Positions 57,025 through 64,000 of a DNA stretch of 64,000 nt are shown here, in pieces. The translations under genes and the position numbers were made by a program. The notes below the pieces were generated by a model. It was given only the letters and a program-made list of their open reading frames with translations, was not told the origin of the DNA and made no database searches. Every line of letters starts with the position of its first letter. Positions within the stretch are counted from its first letter, which is position 1. The DNA comes from a bacterium (GTDB lineage: Bacteria; UBA10199; 2-02-FULL-44-16; JAAZCA01), in NCBI GenBank assembly GCA_963674695.2, contig CAXXGI010000001.1:352001-416000 (forward strand). The letters run 5' to 3'.

Positions 57025-57042
57025 TGTGTACAGCTGTGCACA
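57025..57042. promoter_or_regulatory. Additional box copy
   Basis: TGTGTACAGCTGTGCACA. Confidence 0.65.
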
Positions 57043-57120
57043 GTCGTGTACCGCCACATCGTCACATTGACGAGGCTCGATAGATCGTAGAGCCATTATA
57101 ATGATAGCGGTGGAACGGGT

Positions 57121-57223
57121 GTCATTCCCGCGAAGGCGGGAATCTCGATTTTTCAAGCACATCGAGATTCCCGCCTTCGCGGGAATGACAACAAATCGAG
57201 ATTCCCGCCTTCGCGGGAATGAC
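57121..57223. repeat. GTCAT...ATGAC palindromic element with duplicated right arm
   Basis: GTCATTCCCGCGAAGGCGGGAATCTCGAT and two copies of ATCGAGATTCCCGCCTTCGCGGGAATGAC. Confidence 0.9.
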
Positions 57224-57257
57224 AACGATCGGCATAATCGTCTTTTGCGGACAACCC

Positions 57258-58862
57258 CTAATGAATGATATCGGGATCCTTCTCGGGTCTGCGGCGGTCG
57301 ATCGTTTCGGCGGTGGAGATCTCGCCGGTGACCTCCTCTTCGGCGGGCGATTCGGGGGAGGCGAAGACCTCGACGCGGTTGCGACCGAGCTCCTTGGCGC
57401 GATAGAGAGCGATATCGGCGTGATCGATCAAGTCGTCCATCTCGGAGACATCGTCGGGAAAGGTCGCCACGCCGCTCGAGATCGTGATGCGCCGGGTCTG
57501 CCGATGCTTCTCGGTGAGAAAGTGATGTTCATCGACGAGCAGGCGCACCTTTTCGGCCACCGCGGTCGCACCGTGTTTGTCCGTATCGGGAAGCAGGAGC
57601 ACAAATTCCTCGCCGCCGAAACGGGCCACGGTATCCACCTCGCGCAGGTTGCGTTTGAGCAGCGCCCCGATCTGCCGCAAGACCACATCCCCCTGCAGAT
57701 GCCCAAAGGTATCGTTGTAGGCCTTGAAGTGATCGACATCGATCATCACCAGCGACAGCATCCGGCGAAAACGCACTGCGCGTTTCCACTCCATCTGGAG
57801 CATCTGCTGAAAGTGTCGACGGTTGTTGATGCCGGTCAGCTCATCGCGCACGGAGAGCTCGCGCGTTCGCGTGTAGAGGCGCGCGTTCGCGATCGCCAAC
57901 GCCACCTGGCCAGCCACGAGCGAGAGCATCTTCACATCCTGATAGGAGAAGCTGCTCTTGCCATGCCGTGAAAAGTTGATGACGCCGAGCACCTCATCCT
58001 TGAAGACGAGGGGGATGGACAGGAACGACGAGGTCTGCGCAGGCCGCTCGCGCTTGTAGTGAAGAAAGCGCGTCTCACGACTCGTGTCCTTGATATAGAT
58101 CTTGCGACCCGTCTCCGCCACAAGCCCGGTGATCCCCTCACCCGCACGAAAACTGGTGCGCAGGATCTCATCCTCGTCCTCGAAGCCATAGGCCGCCAAC
58201 ACCTGCAACGCCTCTCCCTTGTCATCGTAGACGAGCAACGCAAATTCGTTGATGCGCAGGTATTTCTGCAAGGTCACGGTGATCGTGCTGTAGAGACGTT
58301 CCAAATCGATGATCGAGTTGACCTCCTGGCCGATCTCGTAGATGAGCGAGAGATCGCGCACCAGGTATTCGAGCGTCTTGTTCGTCCGCTCGATAATGGA
58401 ATTTTTTTCCTCGAGACGATGACGCAACTGGGACTGCTCCTGCATCAACACCACATCCTGATCCGCCTGAATATTGCTGGCAGACAGGTCCGTCACCTTC
58501 GACACCAACCGATTGAAGGCATGCGTAATGAGCCCCAGTTCGTCGTCGGCCAAGACCGGTGCGCGAATGAGAAAATCCCCCTCCTCGGCACGACGCATGG
58601 CCTTCATCAAATGCGTGAGCGGACGATCGAGAAAGATATGGATCGCCGCCGTCGCCGCACATGCGGCCACCAGCACCTGCATCGCCGTGATGAGGATACG
58701 CACATCGATGCCCAAGAGTTTTCCGGAAAGATCGACGCGTCCCGATGCAGCGAGCGCGAGTTCCGCCCCCCAGACGAGGACGTAGGCGATACCCGTGGTC
58801 AACACCACTTTGACGGGAATGGAGAGGCGACACCGAATGTTGTCCGGGCCAAAACCGCTCAC
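57258..58862 (-). CDS. Membrane diguanylate cyclase (TM-HAMP-GAF-GGDEF)
   Basis: DELTGINNRR, IDVDHFKAYNDTFGHLQGD, REVDTVARFGGEEF. Confidence 0.93.
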   Translation of the reverse strand: MSGFGPDNIRCRLSIPVKVVLTTGIAYVLVWGAELALAASGRVDLSGKLLGIDVRILITAMQVLVAACAATAAIHIFLDRPLTHLMKAMRRAEEGDFLIRAPVLADDELGLITHAFNRLVSKVTDLSASNIQADQDVVLMQEQSQLRHRLEEKNSIIERTNKTLEYLVRDLSLIYEIGQEVNSIIDLERLYSTITVTLQKYLRINEFALLVYDDKGEALQVLAAYGFEDEDEILRTSFRAGEGITGLVAETGRKIYIKDTSRETRFLHYKRERPAQTSSFLSIPLVFKDEVLGVINFSRHGKSSFSYQDVKMLSLVAGQVALAIANARLYTRTRELSVRDELTGINNRRHFQQMLQMEWKRAVRFRRMLSLVMIDVDHFKAYNDTFGHLQGDVVLRQIGALLKRNLREVDTVARFGGEEFVLLLPDTDKHGATAVAEKVRLLVDEHHFLTEKHRQTRRITISSGVATFPDDVSEMDDLIDHADIALYRAKELGRNRVEVFASPESPAEEEVTGEISTAETIDRRRPEKDPDIIH

Positions 58863-59100
58863 GAAAATACTCCGTTTCTCAAGAGGAACCCTTTTGACAT
58901 GCCTCGCACAGGGAGGACCTTGCCGATCCCCCTCCTTCCGTCCTTCTTATCGGTGCCACGTCGAAATTGTTGCTCGGTTTTTTCGTCTTTTTCTCGTTTA
59001 TTATCAATACGTTGAAATGACGCCCCCAGGCCGCACCGATCGTCCCCCCACGCGGACCCCGCTCACGGTTCAGTTGACGCGCGCGCGGCACTGCCCCAAT

Positions 59101-60231
59101 ATGCGCCCCATGCGTCTTCCCGGTTGCATCACCCTCATGATCGTCACCCTCATCGCGTTCGCGCCATCGCTCCATGCCGCGCCACCGCCCGAGATCCGCG
59201 TGCTCGTCGCAGGCTCTCTCACGGTGATCGACATCCACGGCGAGCCGATGCACACATCCACCGACGCGCGCACACACTCCATGGAGCTGGGGAGCCCCGT
59301 GCGCATCACCGCTGGACCGAAGGGACTGACCCTGGACGGACGCATGCTTGGCCAAACGATCACGATCACCAATCGCGAACGGCTCTATCACATTGGGCAG
59401 CGCACCTTCCGCGGAATGCTGACGCTCCGGTGGAAGGAACACGGAAAGCTCGATGTCGTCAATACGCTCCCGCTCGAGGAATACCTGGTCGGCCTGGTGG
59501 GCAGCGAGATCCGTGCCGACTGGCCGACGGAATCGGTCAAGACCCAGATCGTCGCCGCCCGCAGCTATGCGCTCGCACGGATGCGCGCCGCACATGCCGC
59601 ACACCAACCCTACGACGTCACCGGCACGACACTCAGCCAGGTCTATCACGGCGCGCACCTGGACGACCCGCGTTCAGTCGCGGCCGCCAAAGCCACGCGT
59701 GGCGAAGCGCTCTATCGCAGCGGACACCTCTTTCGCGCCTGGTATCACAGCTGCTGCGGAGGACAGACCGAACACGCCCACAACGTCTGGGCGGGTGAGA
59801 GCGGACCACCGACGGCCACCGGGAACTGGTGCGCGCGCTCGCCGAAATTCAACTGGCAGTATGAAATCGACACCACCACATTTGCCCAGAAGATGACGGC
59901 AGCGGGATTTCCATTGACGAACGTCCTCTCCGTTGCGACCACCACGCTCGCCGATTCGCCGCGCGTCGAACACCTGCTCGTCACCGATGCGGGCGGCATG
60001 CAGATGATTCCGGCGACGAAGCTGCGCGCCACCTTGAGTTATCGTGAATTTCAGAGCACCTGGTTCGAGGTGAAACTTTCGGGGAAAAAACTCCTCTTCA
60101 CCGGTCGCGGCTATGGCCACGGCGTAGGGATGTGTCAGTGGGGAGCCAAAGCGATGGCCGAGGCCGGACACACCTACCGCGAAATCCTGGCCAACTACTA
60201 CCCGGACGCTGAGGTGCGAAAGGCATACTGA
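59101..60231 (+). CDS. SpoIID/LytB domain protein
   Basis: VVNTLPLEEYLVGLVGSE, QIVAARSYA, SQVY, GRGYGHGVGMCQWGA. Confidence 0.92.
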   Translation: MRPMRLPGCITLMIVTLIAFAPSLHAAPPPEIRVLVAGSLTVIDIHGEPMHTSTDARTHSMELGSPVRITAGPKGLTLDGRMLGQTITITNRERLYHIGQRTFRGMLTLRWKEHGKLDVVNTLPLEEYLVGLVGSEIRADWPTESVKTQIVAARSYALARMRAAHAAHQPYDVTGTTLSQVYHGAHLDDPRSVAAAKATRGEALYRSGHLFRAWYHSCCGGQTEHAHNVWAGESGPPTATGNWCARSPKFNWQYEIDTTTFAQKMTAAGFPLTNVLSVATTTLADSPRVEHLLVTDAGGMQMIPATKLRATLSYREFQSTWFEVKLSGKKLLFTGRGYGHGVGMCQWGAKAMAEAGHTYREILANYYPDAEVRKAY

Positions 60232-60235
60232 CCGT

Positions 60236-61348
60236 ATGAACGTATCCGACTTCAATTACGAGCACCCCAAAGAACTCATCGCGCAACAGCCGTGTGAGAA
60301 GCGCGATGCCGCGCGCATGATGGTCGTCGATCGCGGCGCGCGCACCTGGAAGCATCGGGGCGTTATCGATCTGCCGGAGCTGCTCGAACCCGGCGACCTT
60401 CTCGTGCTCAACGACTCGCGCGTCATTCCCGCCCGACTCTTCGGCACGAACCACAGCGGACTGCCGATCGAACTGCTCGTCGTCGAACCGGGCCAGGGTC
60501 CGGGAGTCTGGCGCTGTCTCATCCAGAAAGCCAAGCGCCTGCGGCGCGGCGATCGCTTTCACTTCGGCATGCATGCCGTGGCCGAGGTCACCGGACACGA
60601 AGCGCCCTACCTCCTTGTCCGCTTCCGCCCGGATGCACTCGAACTGGCGATGAAGCACCACGGCGTTCCGCCGCTGCCACCCTATATCGAACGCGAGGGG
60701 TTCGAGGCCTATTCCGCCCAGGATCGCGAGCGCTATCAGACGACCTTCGCCCGGACGCCCGGCTCGGCTGCAGCGCCGACCGCGGGCCTTCACCTGAGCG
60801 AGCGTCTGCTCGAACGGATCACAGCGCGCGGCGTCGAGATGGCGCAGATCACGCTGCACGTCGGCATCGACACGTTCACCCCGGTGCGCGCAGAAACGAC
60901 GGAGGACCACCGCATGCACGGCGAGCGCGTGGAGGTCCCGATCGAGACCGTCGAGGCGGTCGCCAAGGCCAAGCGCGAAGGCCGACGCGTGATCGCCGTG
61001 GGCACCACCACGACCCGAGCCCTGGAATCCGCCTGCCACACGGGTCACGGGTCACGGGTCACGGGTCACGAAGACGGTGATCATGACTCCCATCCGCGAA
61101 TTCATTTCGGAGATAAAGACAGCACGGCGATGAAATACGGCTCTTGGGTGACCGACCTCTTCATCACGCCCGGCTTCGAATTTCAGGTCGTCGACGCGAT
61201 GCTCACCAACTTCCACATTCCGAAATCGACGCTCCTGATGATGGTCTCAGCATTCGCCGACCGCGCCTTCATCCTCGAATGCTATGCCGAGGCCGTGCGC
61301 GAACGCTACCGGCTCTTCTCGTATGGGGATTGCATGCTGATCGAGTGA
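60236..61348 (+). CDS. queA: S-adenosylmethionine:tRNA ribosyltransferase-isomerase, with an internal insertion
   Basis: PLPPYI, RYQT, AAPTAGLH, AVGTTTTRALES, TNFHIPKSTL, YRLFSYGD. Confidence 0.96.
   Translation: MNVSDFNYEHPKELIAQQPCEKRDAARMMVVDRGARTWKHRGVIDLPELLEPGDLLVLNDSRVIPARLFGTNHSGLPIELLVVEPGQGPGVWRCLIQKAKRLRRGDRFHFGMHAVAEVTGHEAPYLLVRFRPDALELAMKHHGVPPLPPYIEREGFEAYSAQDRERYQTTFARTPGSAAAPTAGLHLSERLLERITARGVEMAQITLHVGIDTFTPVRAETTEDHRMHGERVEVPIETVEAVAKAKREGRRVIAVGTTTTRALESACHTGHGSRVTGHEDGDHDSHPRIHFGDKDSTAMKYGSWVTDLFITPGFEFQVVDAMLTNFHIPKSTLLMMVSAFADRAFILECYAEAVRERYRLFSYGDCMLIE
61039..61070. repeat. 7-bp repeat CACGGGT x4 inside queA
   Basis: Seen directly. Confidence 0.9.
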
Positions 61349-61364
61349 TCGAACATCAATGCGA

Positions 61365-61919
61365 TCATTCGGTTTGGGAAAAATTGGCCGGAGGAATATC
61401 CATTTTCGACCACGGGCACGCCGCGCGGGTGAAAAAGATTTCGCGGTCGCAACCGGGGAGATTGTCGGCCCAAAACCCCTTCCACCCATACGCTCCAAGC
61501 ACAACCCATCCGGGGCTGATCACGCCCACCAACCCCTTAAAATGCGCCGCATCCAGATGGGCATCAAAGCCCTGGATGAAGGAATAATTCGGCGAACGCC
61601 CTTCGATCATCGCCGCGGCCGCCTCCAAAAGACCCTGCTCGATCAAGAACGTATACGGATGATCGACCAAATTCGTCTCGATCGCAAAGGCGTGCAATCC
61701 CTCGATCGAACGGAGGAGTTTTTTCACGCCGGAACGAACTCGTGCATGGCGTTTTTCGGGACCGAACCGCGTCTGATAGACTTGCCAAAGTTTGTGCAGA
61801 TCGACACCGCGAAACTTCTCGTCATAGGGGGATACATCCCCCTTGGCATCCAACGCATCAAGAGCCGCAAAGGCCCGCAAAACAGGCGCTGCCCACTTTT
61901 GCGCATTCATCTTCCACAT
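61365..61919 (-). CDS. Hypothetical protein
   Basis: RBS AGGAGG, 184-aa ORF. Confidence 0.55.
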   Translation of the reverse strand: MWKMNAQKWAAPVLRAFAALDALDAKGDVSPYDEKFRGVDLHKLWQVYQTRFGPEKRHARVRSGVKKLLRSIEGLHAFAIETNLVDHPYTFLIEQGLLEAAAAMIEGRSPNYSFIQGFDAHLDAAHFKGLVGVISPGWVVLGAYGWKGFWADNLPGCDREIFFTRAACPWSKMDIPPANFSQTE

Positions 61920-62022
61920 AGAAACCTCCTGGTGTGCGCGAGTTCTCTACCGCCCCAAACCCCCATCCGTCAAGCCCCGCCGCTTGTCCTCTGATCTCAA
62001 ATATGCAAGGATAGCGGCGTTT

Positions 62023-63159
62023 ATGAGACATCTTGTCCTGGTCATCCTGATCACCCTCTTTGCCGCACTCCCGCGGCTTGGCGTCTGTGCGGATGGAAAT
62101 ATCCTCGGCGGCTTCGAGATCACGGGGTTTTTGAACGTCGGCGCTGGATTTCAGCACTACAGCCGCGATCCGATCACCAAAAATTTAAACGGCGGCAGCG
62201 CCTTCGGAGGCAGCTTGGGCGCGGTCCTGCCGGGGGTCAATGGCGGCCCCGCTCCGGTTCCGGGCGAAGACTACCTGCTCGCCTTCATCGATAACCTGGA
62301 ACTCGATATCGTCAAATCCTTCGGCAAGAGGGCAAGGCTTCGCGCCGATCTCTATTTCGCCCGACCGCTCTCCGGTTCGGCCGTCGGAACCACATCGGTC
62401 GAACACGCCTATCTGGCCGTCACGCTCTCGGAAAAATACGGTGCCGAGCTCGCGCTCGGGCGCATCGGCCTGGAGACGGGGATCGAGCCGTATGAACGCT
62501 ATTCACTCGATACGATCTCCGAGAGCGTGCTCTCGAACGCCAGCATGTACCCCGGCCCCGTCACGGCGATGCAGCTCGCCTTCACACCGATCGACGACGT
62601 CACGCTCTATCTGCTCGCCGCCAACGGCATGACCGACGACACGCTCATCCGCACCACCGCCATCCCCTCCGGCATCGGCATCGTCGAAGTCAACTGGGGC
62701 GATCCGGATCAGGGCAACGGCATCGTCATCACCGCGGATGTCAGCCCCGACTCGGACGCCAACGGGCATCTGACCTATGGCGGCAACATCGACCTCTATC
62801 AGTATGTGCTGCCCAACCTGCAACTCTCGCTTGAGGGGCTGGCGCGCCGTGACAACGCTATAGCCGGCGGCGTGAACACGACCTACGCCGCAGCCCTCGG
62901 CAATCTGCGCTGGGACATCACCAAGCGTTGGTATGCGGTCTTCAAATACGCCTATGCCTGGCAGTCGGCGGCGGGAAACGGTTTCTACAACCTCACCGGC
63001 GCGCACCAACAGCTGCATGAGGCCTGGATCGGTTTTGGGCATTACCTGGCCGACACGGTGAAGCTCAAGTGGGAGGTGCGCATGGACGTCACCGACCCGG
63101 CCGTCGGCGCTACCCAGTGGATCGCCAGCAGTGCTATCGGCATCGGCTGCGCATTCTGA
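62023..63159 (+). CDS. Putative outer-membrane beta-barrel porin
   Basis: Signal peptide, amphipathic strands, EHAYL...LGR, terminal Phe. Confidence 0.75.
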   Translation: MRHLVLVILITLFAALPRLGVCADGNILGGFEITGFLNVGAGFQHYSRDPITKNLNGGSAFGGSLGAVLPGVNGGPAPVPGEDYLLAFIDNLELDIVKSFGKRARLRADLYFARPLSGSAVGTTSVEHAYLAVTLSEKYGAELALGRIGLETGIEPYERYSLDTISESVLSNASMYPGPVTAMQLAFTPIDDVTLYLLAANGMTDDTLIRTTAIPSGIGIVEVNWGDPDQGNGIVITADVSPDSDANGHLTYGGNIDLYQYVLPNLQLSLEGLARRDNAIAGGVNTTYAAALGNLRWDITKRWYAVFKYAYAWQSAAGNGFYNLTGAHQQLHEAWIGFGHYLADTVKLKWEVRMDVTDPAVGATQWIASSAIGIGCAF

Positions 63160-63182
63160 AGAACGTTGAAGGAGGCAGTGCC

Positions 63183-64000
63183 ATGGCCTGGTTCATCGAT
63201 CCGATCCGGCGCAACAGTCTCATCATCGGAATAGTTGGGGTGCTCCTCATCGCCGCCAGCTCGTTTTTCTTCATCCGCACCAGCAATCGCTTCTTCATCC
63301 GCCTCATGGGGGAAAACCTGATCTTTGCTGCCGCCGACCTCGCCGCCGACCTCGACGGCGACGCGCATGCACGGCTTCGCACGCCCACCGACATGGACAG
63401 CGCCGCATATACCACCATATCGAACATGCTGGAGAGAATCCGCACCTACTCCAAGTCCATCGTCGACACCTACACCGTCCGCATGGTCGATGGGGAGCTA
63501 CAGCTGATCCTGAGTCCACCGGTCGATTACGATCACAACGGGAAGATCGAAGGAGAGCTGGAGGAACGCGACGACATCGGCACACCCTATGGCGAGGACC
63601 CCGAACCCGAGATGGTCGGCGCCTTCAACGGAAAATCCACCGCCGCGAAGGGGTTTTCCGACGACCGATGGGGGACGTGGCTCACCGCCTGCGCCCCGAT
63701 TCGCACCTCGGCGGGTCTGGTCGACGGCGCGGTCTGCGTCGACGAGAGCGCCCATCACGTGAGAGGGCAGATGCGCCAGGTCATGGCCATGACGGTGGCG
63801 CTAGCGACGATCGCCTCCGGCCTGCTCATCCTGATGCTCATCAGTTATCTCCGTGCGCGCACGGAACTGGCCGGTCGCCGCAGGGCCGAGCGCCAGCGCG
63901 AAGAGGCACTGCAGCGCTTTGAAGGCGCCATGGAAGCGACGCCCATGGTCGCGACGCAGGGGTTTTCCCCCGACGGCCACATCCTCTACTGGAACCCGGC
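63183..64000 (+). CDS. Membrane sensor protein (TM, periplasmic Cache-like domain, TM, PAS), truncated by the window end
   Basis: Open frame from MAWFIDP; SDDRWGTWLTACAPIR; PAS start EATPMVATQGFSPDGHILYWNP. Confidence 0.8.
   Translation, partial: MAWFIDPIRRNSLIIGIVGVLLIAASSFFFIRTSNRFFIRLMGENLIFAAADLAADLDGDAHARLRTPTDMDSAAYTTISNMLERIRTYSKSIVDTYTVRMVDGELQLILSPPVDYDHNGKIEGELEERDDIGTPYGEDPEPEMVGAFNGKSTAAKGFSDDRWGTWLTACAPIRTSAGLVDGAVCVDESAHHVRGQMRQVMAMTVALATIASGLLILMLISYLRARTELAGRRRAERQREEALQRFEGAMEATPMVATQGFSPDGHILYWNP

Overview
GC-rich (about 60%) bacterial chromosome segment. Gene content (TIGR02147-type protein, Tol system, many orphan lipoproteins) suggests a deltaproteobacteria/Bdellovibrio-like lineage; this is inference. 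The window starts at the right junction of an element integrated in a tRNA(CAT) gene, followed by an AbiEi/AbiEii type IV TA pair, orphan genes and housekeeping genes (malQ, csp, mscS, kbl-tdh, pfkA, ctpA, murI, tolQRAB, ppx, mtgA, queA). The main observation is a regulatory architecture read directly from intergenic DNA at 42-57 kb. Six otherwise unrelated promoters (three giant paralogous lipoproteins, one further lipoprotein, two transposase-derived HTH genes) each have an 18-bp quasi-palindrome (YGTnnAC-N4-GWnnACR) 37-38 nt upstream of a sigma28-like (G/A)CCGATA(A/C) element. Extra copies of the box flank an uncharacterised TIGR02147/DUF4423 gene, the candidate regulator. A second group of promoters has the same -10 with a GCAAC-type -35 and an 11-nt spacer but no box. 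Also notable: a tetraether-synthase (Tes)-like radical SAM gene, an ABC exporter fused to a degenerate GGDEF domain, an isochorismatase/TrxB-like/RlmN-like cluster, IS1182-like MITEs inserted in hairpins, and CACG-core tandem repeats, one inside queA. All family calls come from motif recognition by eye; no database search was run.
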